64,000 bases of DNA from the NCBI RefSeq assembly GCF_009914755.1, contig NC_060925.1; one strand, written 5' to 3'. This document shows, piece by piece, positions 1 through 17,339 of this stretch (positions are counted from its first letter, which is position 1; each line of letters opens with the position of its first letter). Position numbers and translations under genes: made by a program. Under the pieces are notes generated by a model. The model was not told where the DNA came from, made no database searches, and saw only the letters and a list, made by a program, of their open reading frames with translations. Source of the stretch: the human T2T-CHM13v2.0 reference genome, Homo sapiens.

Positions 1-230
1 GTTCGAGATCAGTCTGACCAACATGGTGAAACCCCATCTCTACTAAAAAAAAATTTTTTTTTAAATTAGCCAGGCATGGTGGCACACACCTGTAGTCCCA
101 GCTACTTGGGAAGCTAAGGCAGAAGGATTGCTTGAAACTGGGAGGTTAAGGTTGCAGTGAGCCAAGATTGCACCACTGTATTACAGCCTGGGTAACAGAG
201 TGAGACTCTGTCTCAAAAAAAAAAAAAAAG
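1..230 (+). mobile_element. Alu, cut by the window start
   Basis: B box, middle A-rich linker, right arm and A tail. Confidence 0.93.
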
Positions 231-254
231 AGAAAAAAAGAAAGAAAGAAAAAG

Positions 255-461
255 GTATATAAAATCCTGAATCTAAATGCTTCTTTGGAGTTTTCACTTC
301 TTTTCTATGAAGCCCCCTGTGCCACATAAAAAATGCTAACATCAAATAAAATGTGTATGCTTTTCTCTTATCAATCTGTCTTTTGTTAGCCTAATTAGGC
401 TAACAAAACAGGCGATAGCTACGAAACCTGAGGGCAGAGGAAAAGTTTTTCCTCCCCTACA
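255..461 (+). mobile_element. 3' part of an ERV1-type LTR (MER34/MER39-like)
   Basis: AATAAA followed by the typical end TTTTTCCTCCCCTACA; subfamily uncertain. Confidence 0.55.
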
Positions 462-479
462 TAGTCATGTATTGCCGGA

Positions 480-1500
480 GACCTGAAAAAGGCTGTTAAT
501 GTGAAAGAGAGCAAAGCAAACAGAAAAATAAAGAATCTGAGGAAACAGAGGCATTACACAAAAAAGAAAACTTCAAGAGACCAGCATTAATATCTATATT
601 GAGGTAAGAGATGAGATGATGATAATAACCATGAGACAAGAATAAGAAAAAAAAGGACCTGCTGGAAATTAACATAATTGTAAAAATAAAAGTCTCAATA
701 GAAAAACCGAGAGATAAAGTTGAGATAATCTTCCAAACACGAGATTTAAAAACAAGATGAAAAACAAGAGAAGACTTGAACATTAGAAGACAATTCCACA
801 AAATCCAGCCTTCAAATAACAAGAGTTCCAGAAAAAAGAACAGAGAAAAAGAAATCAAAGATGTAGTTAAAGAGCATTTGAGGGTGTGGATTTCCACTCT
901 GACATGGGACATCAAATGGCTAGCACAGTGGATAAAAACAGACCTATACCAAGACATACATCCCCATGAAATTTCAAAACAATAAATCAAAGAGAAGAGC
1001 CAACAAACTGTCAGAAAGGAAAAAGAGGACACATATAAGGATAAGGAATCAGATTAACTTGGAATTTCTCAATAGCTTCTGAAAGCAAAAAATATTGTAG
1101 AGATTATTATTAAAATAATAATGACTTCAAAATTGTGAAGAAAGGCTGGTCTAAAGGTAGTGAGTTATTTCAACTGATTGTTCACAAAGACTGAACTTGT
1201 TTTCCTCACTACTGCACTTGACCTGGGGAAAAAAAAAGAGAAAAAAAAATTCCAAAGAAAAACTACTTTCAACCCAGAATTCTCCACCCAGCCAAATAAC
1301 CAATCAGGTGCAAGCACAGAAAAATATTTTCAAGTGTGTGACATTTTGAAAAATTAACCTCTTGCTCTCATGAAGATATTGGATGGTATGTTTCACTAAA
1401 ATGAGAAATAAACCAAGAAAGAGAAAGACATGTGAAAAAAGAAATTGGGAACACAGCCAAGGAGACAGGCAAAAAGGATTTTCAGGATGATAGGGAAGGA
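480..1500 (+). mobile_element. Old L1M ORF1-region fragment
   Basis: A-rich degenerate ORF1; TTTCAACCCAGAATTCTCCACCCAGCCAAA resembles the FQPRILYPAK motif. Confidence 0.65.
1144..1250 (+). pseudogene. Y1 RNA (RNY1-derived) retropseudogene with A tail
   Basis: GGCTGGTCTAAAGGTAGTGAGTTATTTCAACTGATTGTTCACA...CTCACTACTGCACTTGAC matches the hY1 5' and 3' stems; the loop is shortened; A-rich tail at 1229-1250. Confidence 0.88.
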
Positions 1501-1884
1501 AGATAATCAGGATGTCGGCTGTATACCAGGCTTAGTGGATAACCAGTCCAAATTGGAGCAAGTTAGGCACTTCCCAGACAGACTTTCCAAAAAAGATGAA
1601 ATTGGCAGAGTAGCATCTGAATGACTTAAGAGGAGATCTAAAAATGAAAAGGAGTTGGGGGTGAATTAGTGATCATTTCATACCAAAGCAAGCAAAAGAA
1701 GAAACAAAAATTATTAAATCTAGGAACAACTCTGTGCAGGAAAGTAAAAGTGAACAGTTTTATACATAGCTCAGCTCTGAGTAGATTTACATCTTCATAA
1801 TAAAGAAAAACTCCAAATACTGACACTACCAAAATTACAATAAAATTCAAATACAAACTAGAAAATGTATTTATTTTTCAGTTT

Positions 1885-2475
1885 TTCTTTCTTTTTTTTT
1901 TTTTTTTGACACAGTCTTGCTCTGTCACTCAGACTGGAGTGCAGTGGCACAACCTTGGCTCACTGCAGTCTCCACCTCCCATGTTCAAACAATTCTCCTA
2001 CCACAGTCTCAAGAAGCTGGGACCGCCAGCATGCATGACGAAATACAGCTAATTTCTGTATTTTTAGTGGAGATGGGGTTTTGCCATGTTGGCCATGTTG
2101 GTCTCAAACTCCTGACCTCAGGTGATCTGCCTGCCTCGGCCTCCCAAAGTGCTGGGATTACAGGCGTGAGCCACCACACCCAGCCCTCAAAATTGGCTTA
2201 TTTTTATTTTTATTTTTGAGGTTGGGTCTTACTCTGCTACCCAGTTTGGAGTGCAGTGGCACAATCAAAGCTCACTGTAGCCTCAACCTCCCGAGCTCAA
2301 ATGATCCTCCTGCCTCAGCCTCCACCACCATGCCCTACTAATTTTTTTTTACTTTTTGTAGAGACAGGGTCTCGCTTTGTTGCCCATGCTGGTCTCAGAT
2401 TCCTGGGCTCAAGCGATCCTCCCACCTTGGGCTCCCACAGTATTGGGAATACAGGTGTGAGCCACTACACCTGAC
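1885..2475 (-). mobile_element. Two tandem antisense Alus (~1885-2185 AluS-like; ~2200-2475 AluJ-like with an internal deletion)
   Basis: Poly-T followed by reverse-complement Alu, twice. Confidence 0.9.
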
Positions 2476-3386
2476 AAAAATTTATTTTTAAAATATTATT
2501 TTAAATAGGTTTCTAAAAAGATAAGGCTTTCTGAATATTAAAATAACATACATTCATTGTAGTAAATCAGAATACTAAAAAACACAAGGCAGAAAATTAC
2601 CCCAAATCTCACTATCCAGGGATAAGAAAACACTATTAAAATTTTATAGTATATCTTCCAGTTATTTTTCTCTGTGTATAAAGACAATTTTTTAAATCAA
2701 AAATGAATGATTCTTAAATTCTGTTTTATACAATTTGAAATTCAATATATCATATAAAATTGGCTGTCATTATTCTCCCACAATATGATTTTTAATGGCC
2801 ACATAATAATGTATTACATGTAAGTGCAGAGATTAGTTAGTTCTCTAATGTTGGGTCCTGGTTATTGATTATAGTAAAGTGCTAGACCAATAAGTATACA
2901 AACCAAAGAACTAATGGGTGTGTGTTACAAAAAGTACTATGACTTTCCTAAAATAAAGAGTAAAAATATTCCTACCCACAAACGTTAAGTCACAAAAGCA
3001 AATAAATCAAAAGTATAAAAATTTAGGAGGTAATGGGACTGTGGTAGTGGTCATATAACTGCACATTGTAGAAGACATGAAGACTTTTAAAAATGTTCTT
3101 CAAGCCAGCCATTGAATAAATTCATAGAGAAACTTAAAATTGGGGGGATGTAAATAAGTTCCAGATTGACAGAATACTAAATACCAAAGAATCAAAAAAC
3201 AAAATACCAAAGTCAAAAGCAAACACAGAAATCAATGAAATGAAAAAAAAAAAATGGAGAAAATCAATGAAAGCAAAAGTGACTCTTTGAAAAGGCCAAT
3301 ACAAGTTATCAAATTAATTTTTAACCACAAAAAAACACAAAAACCATAAATCACCAATAACAGGAATGAAAGAGAAGACATCACTA

Positions 3387-3645
3387 CAAACGTTCCTTGA
3401 TTTATCATGGGGTTCCTGATAAACCCATCGTAAGTTGAAAATACAGCAAGTCAAAAATGCATTTTAACACAAAGCCTATTTTATAATAAAGTGTTGAATA
3501 TCTCATGTGATTTATTGAATACGGTACTAAAAGTGAAAGACAGAATGGTTGTATGGATACAAGCATTACTGAATGCATGTCACTCTCATCCCATCATAAA
3601 GTCAAAAAATTGTAAGTAGAACCATGAAAAGTCAGGGACCATCTG
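3387..3645 (+). mobile_element. TcMar-Tigger non-autonomous element (MER47A-like)
   Basis: TA on both flanks; ends CAAACGTTCCTTGATTTATCATGG ... CCATGAAAAGTCAGGGACCATCTG form degenerate TIRs. Confidence 0.75.
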
Positions 3646-4024
3646 TACTATGAACTACTTTAGAAACTATAAATTTGACAACTTAGGTGAAATGGACCAA
3701 TTCCTTGAAAACCACAAATTACTATCAAAACTCATCTAAGATGAATAGATAACCAATTTCTATCAAAGAAATTGATTTTATAGTTAAAAACCTTCCAAAA
3801 ATAATTTGGCCCAGATGGTTTCACTGGCATACTCTACCTGACATTTCAAAAAAGAAATAATACAAACTGTATGCAATCTCTTCCAGAAAACAGAAAAGGA
3901 AGGAATGCTTTCAAGTTTATACGGCCAGTATTGCCCAGATACCAAAACCAGAAAAAGACAAGCAAACAAAAGCTACAGACTAAAACCATCATGAATAGAG
4001 GCAAAAATTATCAATAGAATATTA

Positions 4025-4412
<388 letters not shown>

Positions 4413-4454
4413 TCAATATAATTCACCACATTAACTGTCTAAAGAAGAAAACCT

Positions 4455-4820
4455 TCCACAGCAATAAAAAAAAAAAGAATGAAATCATGTCCTCTGCAGC
4501 AACATGGATACAGCTGGAAGCCATTACGCTAAGCAAATTAACACAGAAACAGAAAATCAAATACCGCATGTTCTCACTTATAAGTGGGACCTAAACATTG
4601 GATACGCACAGACACAAAGATGGGAATGGTAGACACTGAGGACTCCAAAAAGGGATGGGATGGAGGAAGGGGGAAAGGATGGAAAAGCTACCTATTAGGT
4701 ACTGTGTTCACTACCTGGGCTAGAAACCCAAACTTCAGCATCATGCAATATACTCATGTAACAAACCTGAACATATACCCTCTGAATCAAAAATTTAACA
4801 AATAAAATTTTTTTAAAAAA
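4455..4820 (+). mobile_element. L1PB/L1MA-type 3' end nested in the older L1
   Basis: GAATGAAATCATGTCC...CGCATGTTCTCACTTATAAGTGGGA...CATGTAACAAACCTG. Confidence 0.85.
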
Positions 4821-6206
4821 GAAGGTCTCATGATCATATGAATTGACGCAGAAAAAGCATTCAATAAATTTCAGTATCCATTCATCATAAAAACTCTCAG
4901 CAAACTAGGAGTAAAAAAATTTCCTCAGTGTGATAAAGTTTTAAACGTAAAACCTACAACAAACATAGTATTTAGTAGTATTTAGAATGCTTCTCCCTAA
5001 GATTAAAAATAAGGCAGAGATGTCCACTCTCATCACTCTTATTTAATATTATACCAGAAGTCCTAGCTAGTTTAATAAGAAGAAACAAAAAATGGGAAAG
5101 GAAGAGATAAAATTCTTATTCACAAATGACATGATTGCCTATGTAGACTATCTTAAATGATTTACAAAAAACGCCTATTCCCAATAAGTGAGTTTAGCAA
5201 AGTTGCAGGATACAAAACTGACATAGCTATCAATCATATTTATTTATATGAGAAATGAACAACAGGAAATTGAAATTTTTTAAAAATACTATTTACAAAA
5301 GCTCCTCCCCAAATGAAATACTTAGGTATAAATTTAAAACACATGAACAAGATCTATATACTCAAAACTACCAAACGCTGAGAAAGAAATCAAAAAAGCT
5401 CAAAATGAAGAGACATACTATGGTTATGGATTAAAAGACTCAACATAGCAAAAATGTCTATTCACCCACAACTTGATCTACAAATGTAACTCGAAGCCAG
5501 TCAAAACTGCATTAAAAATTTTTGCACATAAGTGAATTTTAAAATGTATATAGAAAAGTCAGCAAACTAGACTAGCCAAAATAACTTTGAAAAAAAAATA
5601 AAGTTGGAAGAATCGCACTACCCAGTTTTAAAACTTACCATAAAACTACAATAATTAAGATGGTGTGGCATTGGTGAAGGGACAGACACATAAATCAACA
5701 GAACAGAAAAGAGGATCCTGAAATAGACTACGTAAGTATGGTCAAATGATCTTTGACAAAGATGTAAAGTCACCTGAATGGAAAAAGAATAGTCTTTTCA
5801 ACAAATAATGTTGCAAAAAAAATGTGAACCTTGACCCAAACCTCATACCTGATAGAATGATTAATTCAAAATGGATCACAGAGATGTATGTAAAATGCAG
5901 AACTATAAAACTCCTAGAAGAAAACACAGGAGAAAATCTCCATAACCTGAGTTTGGGCAAAGTACTCTTAGACATGACATGAAAAACACAAGCCATAAAA
6001 GAAAATAACATCAATGAACTGGGGAGTCTCTCTCAACCTATTCTGGCTTGGGGGCTGCCCAATTTTTTTAAAAAAATCAATAAATTAGACTTTATCAAAA
6101 TGTAAACATTTTAATGAGGAAAAGACACTGTTAAGAGAATAAAATGAGAGAAAATAATATGCAATCACATATCCAACAAAGGGTTTATATCCCAAGTATA
6201 TAGAAA

Positions 6207-6494
6207 ACTCACGCCTGTAATCCCAGCACTTTGGGAGGCCAAGGCAGGCAGATCACTTGAGGTCGGGAGTTCGAGACCAGCCTGACCAACATGGAGAAAC
6301 CCCGTCTCTACTAAAAATACAAAATTAGCCGGGTGTGGTGGCACATGCCTGTAATCCCAGCTACTCAGGAGGCTGAGGCAGGAGAATCACTTGAACCCGG
6401 GCAGGGTTGTGGAAATTGCAGTGAGCTGAGATCACGCCATTGCACTCCAGTCTGCGCAACAAGGGCGAAACTCCGTCTCAAAAAAAAAAAAAAA
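6207..6494 (+). mobile_element. AluSp/Sq-like, 5' truncated
   Basis: ACATGGAGAAACCC diagnostic; A tail. Confidence 0.9.
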
Positions 6495-7043
6495 CCTCTC
6501 AAAACTCAGCATTAAGAGAACAAACTACCCAATTAAAAAAATTAAGAAAAGACTTGGACACTTCACCAAAGAGAACACAGATGGCAAATAACTATATGAA
6601 AAGATGTTCAACATCATTAGCCACTAGGGAAATGAAAATTAAAAACATGACAAGCTACCTTTATACATTTACTAAAATGAGTACAATTTTAAAATATTGG
6701 CAATACCAAGAGCTAGTGAGGGTAGAGAACAACTGGAACATTGCTGATGGAATGTAAGATGGTATAGCCACTGCAGAAAAGAGTTTGGCAGTTTCTCATG
6801 AAGTTAAACATACATTTACAACGTGACTCAGAAAACCCACTTCTGGATATTTACCCTGGAGCAGAACTCAGCAAACTTTTTCTGTAATGGGCCAAACAGT
6901 AAATATCTTTTTTCCTCCAGATCAAAGTAATAATGGGAGGCATTACTAAATGGACTGCACTCTTTTTGTTTCGTGTTTATTTTCTTCCATTTACTATCTA
7001 ACAACCTCTCCCCCAAAGTAGCCTGGTTCAAATTAATTGTGTT

Positions 7044-7380
<337 letters not shown>

Positions 7381-7621
7381 TCACATCTTAAGTTTCTTTC
7401 TATAGTATGTCCCAATAACAGCACTTCCACCTGTACAAAATCCCCAACTTGCTCAAAGGTTTCTTGTCTCACCCTTTTAAATAACTCCTTTCATTTATGT
7501 ATAAGTTGAGCAACAACACTGAATTCAGAGATTCAAATGTAAATCAAAGGTCTTTTAATTTTATAACATTGGGAAAACTTTAACTAAGTAATGGAATTTA
7601 GCAGTATCGGCCTTAGATTCC

Positions 7622-7989
7622 TGATATGGTTTGGCTGTGTCCCTGCCCAAATCTCATCTTGAATTATAGCTCCCATAATTCCCATGTGTCGTGGGAGGGA
7701 CCTGGTGGGAGGTAATTGAATCATGAGGGGCGTGTCTTTCCCATGCTGTTCTCATGATAGTGAATAAGTCTCACGAGATCCAATGGTTTTATAAAGAGGA
7801 GTTCCCTTACACAAGCTCTCTCTTGCCTGCCGCCATGTAAGACATGACTTTGCTCCTCATTCACTTTCCACCATGATTGTGAGACCTCCCCAGCCATGTG
7901 GAACTGTGAGTCATTCAAACCTCTTTCCTTTATAAATTACCCAGTTTTGGGTATGTCTTTATTAGCAGTGTTAAGAACAGACTAATACA
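7622..7989 (+). mobile_element. THE1 (MaLR) solo LTR
   Basis: TGATATGGTTTGGCTGTGTCCC...GACTAATACA with a perfect 5-bp TSD ATTCC (7617-7621, 7990-7994). Confidence 0.93.
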
Positions 7990-9603
7990 ATTCCTAAAAT
8001 GAGTAAATGGAAAAAAGGAAATTCTAACATCTCCTAAAGGTAAAGGATTACACCAAATTGCCAGGAATACGTGTACAACATGAATACCTCTCTGTTTTGC
8101 TAACAGAGCTCTAAAAAGCTTTAGAACTGAACTATTATATATAGTAAGGGTTTTGATCTTAAAGAAATGTAGAGCCGGAAAGGAATTTTGAGATATTTTA
8201 AGTCAAGCAGAAGAAACGTAACTCTATGGTTCCTCCCTGCCTGAATGAATTAGTTGAAAAGAAAAACACAGATGGTAAATATAATTAATTTACACCACCT
8301 CCTGTTCACTATCCCCCAAAGCACTAATTGATATGTTCATTCATTCAACTGGTTTTATTTTCTTCAGAGAGACACAGGGTTCTACCACTGCAGAAGACAT
8401 AAAAGTATACTAGAATTCTATCATGAAGTAATTAATGCAATTCAAGAGAAAGTAGAACGTGACGGAAGATAGAGGGTGGAAGGAAAAAAGAAAAATTAAA
8501 ACAGATAAACATTTTAAATAGTATACACAATTTGCCTGCCTTTCCAGTCAACAGATGTATGCCCTGGAGTACAGATAGACTGGAATCTTGAATATGCTGT
8601 TCCCTGTCATATTCAGCTCTCATGCCCATCATCATGTCAGCATCTCATATGCCCATCATCATGCCAGCATCTCACTTAGCTGTGTGATTTTTGCTTTTTA
8701 AAGGTATGTTTTCTTCCATATAAAACTTAAGACAACTTTTTAATTGAGGTAATACAATCCCTGTCTTCAAGAAGTTTGCTCACTTATTGGGAATAAAAAA
8801 CAAACTGTGAAATAATACAATACACACGAAAATATGTACGTACCACAGAAGCTAGGAAAAGAAGTCATTGTGAGCTGAAATATGAAGGGAAGAGATACAA
8901 AAGACAGCGAGAACATGCCCGGGTAGTAACCTTCCTGGGGAGACAGCTGGTACTGAGAAGAAGAGGAAATAAGATTATATCTATAAATACAAATTCAGAT
9001 TATAGGATTACTTTTAAAAGTCAGATACTAGACTTTAGGCCAGGGAATACAAAATTCCTGTTTTATCACCACACAGGTGACAACAGAGGGAAGTAGGCTT
9101 CCTATATGACAATAGGGAGCAGTGGGACTGTGTTTAAATAAAGAGAACATTCACCACCCAAAGTGGGGAGACACTATTCAGCTCTAGTCTCTTGCTGATA
9201 TTTGGAAACACAGACCCAGGCTACCATATCCTCCAATTCTTTAAAAGTAATTGGAAAGTCAAGAGTTTTTATGAAAGTTAAAGAAAGAGGACATTAACAA
9301 TGAAGGAAGGTTTATGAGCAAGCAGGGAGGAATGAAATCCAAACAAAAGGACTGGGTCTTGATAGGAGGGACATTCTACACTGCAGCAGAAAGAATAAAG
9401 GGAGGGAGCACCCAAAAGATAAGGCAGGCTTGGGCCAGGTTATTAAAGCACGAGAATCCTTAACATTATGTTATAAACAACAGAAAGCCAGTAGGTAAAA
9501 GGAACTGATAACATACGGGTCAGAGGGAAGGAATGAAGAGCTGTCGGGAATGATGGAGGCTAGTTTGCTAAATGGGGATTTTTTTTAAAGATGGGAGTAT
9601 CTT

Positions 9604-9995
<392 letters not shown>

Positions 9996-10670
9996 GATGA
10001 GATTATCTTTATATCCTGGAGGATAAGAGCATTCATGGTATAATGAAAACACATGGGCTTTAGAGCAGCCCTTCACTCAAAGACTAGCTCGGCTCTTGCC
10101 AGCTCTATCACTCACATTGTGCACATTACCTAACTTCCACAGACCTTCATTTGCTCACTGATACCACTTCCCTTGACAGGATTGTTTTCAACATTAAGTA
10201 AGAAGCCATGTGTAAGCACTTGTTAAACGGCCTGGCACAGCAGATACTCAATCAAGGTGTTTCTTCTCACTAGAAGCATTACTGGTTATCTGTGTTGGCA
10301 CAGAAGTTAGTCTCCCTACTGCAGAATGAAGTAAAAAGGCTTGGGAGGGCTTTCTTTTTAACAAAAAGTCTTATCAAAGGATAAAAAGTTTCTAAGGGAA
10401 CCAGAGAAATTAACCTAACCAGGAAACTATACATGGAAAAATCTAAGGTTACAAGAAAAAAACATCATTTTGAAAATGGTATTAATAGGATGATTAATGT
10501 AAGCATATGACACAGAGACAGGAAAGAATAAAGAGATTAACTAGAACACACTATAGGTATAAGGTTCTCACTGAGCAAGGAGCCCAAACCTAGAGTCCAT
10601 AGGATCCATTAATGGACTTCAGAGTTGTGACTCCTTGAAACTGTAAAATTGTGACCATGTGCAAAGGTTC

Positions 10671-11104
10671 TATGGAAAGCTGAAAAATGCACCCCTCCAC
10701 AACCCCAAAGATATCCATGTCAAATCCCTGGAACCTGTGAATGTTACTTTATATGATAAAAAATGTGATTAAGTTAAGAATATTGAGAGGAAGTGCTTAT
10801 CCTGGATTATCCAGATGAACCTTAAATCCAACGACTCAAGTCCTTGTGTAACAGAGATACACAGAGAAGAAAGGGCAGTAATGTGACCCTGGAGGCCGAG
10901 GCTGAGTGATGCAGCCACAAGCCCAGGAATGCAGCCCAGATGTTGGAAGAGGTGAGGGATCTCCCCCAGAACCTCTGGAGGGATCTTGGCCCTGCTGACA
11001 CCTTGATTTGAATGTCGGGCCTCTAGAACAGTGAGAGAATAAGTTTATGTTTCTTTAAGCACTTCTGTAGTAATTTGTTTTGGTAGTCACAGGAAACTAA
11101 CACA
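10671..11104 (+). mobile_element. MLT1 (MLT1D-like) MaLR solo LTR
   Basis: ATCCCTGGAACCTGTGAATGTTAC, GGCCCTGCTGACACCTTGATT, end GGAAACTAACACA. Confidence 0.85.
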
Positions 11105-11379
11105 GGTGCACCCTTCTAGAGGGAGGGGCTATTTACTTTCATCAGATTCTGAAAGAGGTTCTAATAAACCTCCAAAGGTAAAAGAACTACCACTGCAGAA
11201 AGTAAGCAAAACTGTCTATAAATAAAAGAATTAAAAAATTTTTAAACGAGCAAAACAAGTAGTTATTTGGATAAGGTCTCATAGCTACTAAATGCTGAAG
11301 TAAGAATTTATCTATGAATATAACTCAATATTCATTTCATTATCTCTTGGGGTTCAACTCTACGAATGCATTAAAAGGA

Positions 11380-11955
11380 AGTGATTCCCAAACAATTCAA
11401 TAATTTGTTAAAAATATAAGTTCCCAGGCTCCACCCCGATGTACTGATACAGAATCTCCAGGGTACAGGAATATATATATTTATGCTTATAAATACGTAT
11501 GTTTTCTTACTTAAAGCTCCTCAAATAATTCAGATGTTTAGACAAGGTTAGAAATTATGACTACGAAGCAGGGGTCCTCAAACTTTTTCTATAAAGGATC
11601 AGAGAGCAAAATTTTCAAATATGCAGGCCAAGAGGCAAATGAGGGTATTATGTCGGTACTTATGTAACAAATTTGTTTTCTAACAAATTTCTACGAAAAT
11701 TTTATTGACAAAATTCAAAATAAAAAATTAATAATAATTGAATACAATTTATATAATGCAGGTCTACTAATGACAAGAATGGAATTATTTCTCAGGAGAG
11801 AACATTTTGCTTAACTGGAGTTCAAAGTTAGTGTTCTCTTAGCATCAGGTTGATTGCAAATGTTCATCTGTACAAGCTTCTTAGCTGGAGGGGAGTTATG
11901 AAACAGGCAGTGAGCTGGATTTGGCCCAAGGGCTGTAGCTTGCCAACCTCTGCAG
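11380..11955. mobile_element. hAT-Charlie fossils (MER5-like then MER58-like)
   Basis: CAGGGGTCCTCAAACTTTTTCTATAAAGG ... GGATTTGGCCCAAGGGCTGTAGCTTGCCAACCTCTG. Confidence 0.7.
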
Positions 11956-12779
11956 TAAGGTACATGAAAGAAGAAAGAACCACAACCCCTGCCCTTAAGC
12001 AATTTACAAGTCTGTTAAAGAGACAGGAAAAGAAAAGGTAATAGTCAAGAACATGAAGGAGAAATCTGAATGTTGTAGAGCAATGATTCCTAACCTTGTC
12101 AAGTATGAACATTCTTTTTTAAGGTCAAAAAATGTGTCCAGCCTTAACATATCAGTTCTTTTAGAATTGAGTGAAAATATCCATAATAAAAGTAACAACA
12201 AAATTTAAAAGCTTTTAAAGGATTTCTTATTAATCAAAACAGCAGCCACATATATTTGAAAAACATTAGCACATATTTACAAGACACATTATTTATTCAT
12301 CCACAGATGGTACTTAATATGCGTATGGATTCCTGACCCCCTGAGATAACTCTGAAGCACTGGAGGAAATCTCAGCCCAATAGTTAGGAACCACAACTAC
12401 AGAGTTGATGCCAAAGAGGTTCAGAGGGAGGCAAAGAGTGGAAACTGGAGCAGTGTGGAAGGGTGTCACAAGGTTAGACAGGCAGGTAGAAATTTTCAAA
12501 GAAACAAAGAACAGATTTTGGGGAGAGGAAGAATGAAACTGAGAAAATGAGGAGGGGTTGCAGGAGAGCAGCCTTACTAAAGAGCTTGGAACAGGACCAG
12601 ATCCATGGGGGCTCTGGACCACTCAGCCTGATTCTGCCAACAGAGCCAACATTTAAGTGCTTTCCATGTATGGAGTGCTGATATGCATTCTTTCATTCAA
12701 TCCTCACCAAGAACAGTTTCCTAATACACTAGCTGTGTAAGTAAATGATCCCGGTTTCATCAGGTACAACCCTAAGTGG

Positions 12780-14550
<1,771 letters not shown>

Positions 14551-14809
14551 AATTGCTTTGAAGCACTGCAAAATTTACAAACATAAAATCTAATTAGTTA
14601 ATATTTTATTCAGACTACGGCCTAAATTATTTTTATTGATTGATTAAAGCAAGAACTCGATTGAGCTACACTACTAGCTAGGCCTGAATAGCCTCAGATA
14701 TATTTCTAAGACTACCTCATAAGTTAGCTTTTATTCATTTACACATGCCTTTTCCCAAAAGGCTAACATAATTATTTTCCTAGACATTAATATAATAATG
14801 ATCATTCTA

Positions 14810-15020
14810 ATAATAATGAAATTATCATTTATAGAGTGCCAAACACCAGGCTTCACTTTACATTCAAGTTTCATAACCTCCATTTTTACAGATGATGAAA
14901 CTGAAGCTCAGAGAAATTAAGCAACTAGCTCAAAGATAAAACTAGCAAGTGGGAGAAACAGGATCCAACCTCATACTAGCTCAAAAATCAATGTTTTTTC
15001 CCCAACACATCATGCTATCT
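14810..15020 (-). mobile_element. MIR
   Basis: CCATTTTTACAGATGATGAAACTGAAGCTCAGAGA core. Confidence 0.8.
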
Positions 15021-15417
15021 CTAATATACTTATTTTGCAATATCTATTATTTGTTGAAAATACATCTGTATACAAATATCTGAGGCTTAACACAGCTTAG
15101 AATGATTATTTACACTTTATAATGGCTGCTCAATTCAGAGTCTCATATACAAAAACAAATTCTATCCCAACCGTATAAAACAGCCTGCAACAATTATTCC
15201 AAATGACATCCTAGTTCCTTATCCATGTAACCTATACTTATAAATTTAGCCCCCAGTTAATTTTCTTCCCTTCAAGGACCTCAATTAACTTTAATAAATG
15301 GAACCATCATATTAGGGGGAAACGTATATATTGATCTCTGTTTTTCAAAAAACTTGTCACAAATGCATTTTGAACATGCAGTTCATAACGAACTCAACTA
15401 TTCATAAAACCATCCGT

Positions 15418-15733
<316 letters not shown>

Positions 15734-15942
15734 CTAGATTTTAGATAATTATATTCTTAAGAAGAAATGAGACATTCTACTAACTAATGAGTGTATAAAC
15801 AACTGGCAACATTTTACCATGTCAGTAATAGGATACATGAAACTTGAAAAACCTTGTGACCACAGCTTTTGGTAATGGTGCTTCATTTTTTCGTTCCTAT
15901 TAAATGCCTCTGCTTCATAAAATCAGCAGTTGAGATTACTAA

Positions 15943-16275
<333 letters not shown>

Positions 16276-17339
16276 TAATGGCAGGGTTCATTAGTCTTAG
16301 GCACTACTAGGGCATATAAATGCAAAACCATGCTTAACAGAAATAGACTAGTAATTATAATTTAAATATTTTAAAATGAACATCACCCAAGTCTCTGGGA
16401 TCCAAGCAAGTATCCTTAATAAGTAAAGTAGGCCCAAAATAAGACAAGAAGCAGGATCTTGGATAAACTGGACAGTAAAGGGGGTGGTCATCATGCAGCT
16501 CCAGCAAATCGTTACTATGCAGGAACAAGGGCTCAGCATGGCCAGATCTCTAATTTCTCAAGAATAGCTGGAAATGTGGAATTTGTTTTCATGTTTTGTG
16601 AAATCTCCCTAATTTGAAATGTTGACAACTAATTTAAGTTTAAATAGTGCTAAGACAAAATAAAACAGATCAGCTTCTGAATATGGCCACTAATTTGCAA
16701 ACTCTGAAAAGAAACTCCTAAAACAAAGCCTAAATACTCAGCAAACCCTAATTTTAGATTAGGAATGGTAAACTCTTATGTAACAATATTTGTCAAACTT
16801 TGGAGTGCACTAGTGATCTTTAAAGTTCTCAAGGCAGACCAGACCCTAGAGCTTTACTGTATTAATGTCACATTTATTTCATATTCCTTACTAAAGTACC
16901 AAAGGTAACTCACTCCTTCCATTCGTTTTGATGACATTTTCTTACTGCAGCCAAATGGAAATAGAGTGGATGTCTTAAACATATGCTACTGGTAAGCAGT
17001 CTAAGAATCAAAACACGTTGGAAACCACTGGGAGACAAAAGAAACACACTTTGGAGCCTACTTTATGCTTTTCAACAGACCTCAAAGAAAATTAATTAGA
17101 TGGTAAAATTGCTCTCCATTCTATAATAATCAACCAGTGTACAATAGGATGGTGGCAGTGCTATTTTAATTATAATTACATAGTTAAACAAAAATCTTGT
17201 GTTGTACTTTTTGGTATGGACATAGCAGCATTATAGGCATGAATCTTCTGGGAAAATACAGATAGCAACAAGGAGAAAAAACTGCGCAAAACTGCTTTTT
17301 CAGAAAACCTAGGAGAAAAACAAAAATATAAAAATCCCA

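Noticed and set aside
496-1032. 178-aa hydrophobic ORF on the minus strand
   Set aside because: Antisense reading of an A-rich L1 fossil.
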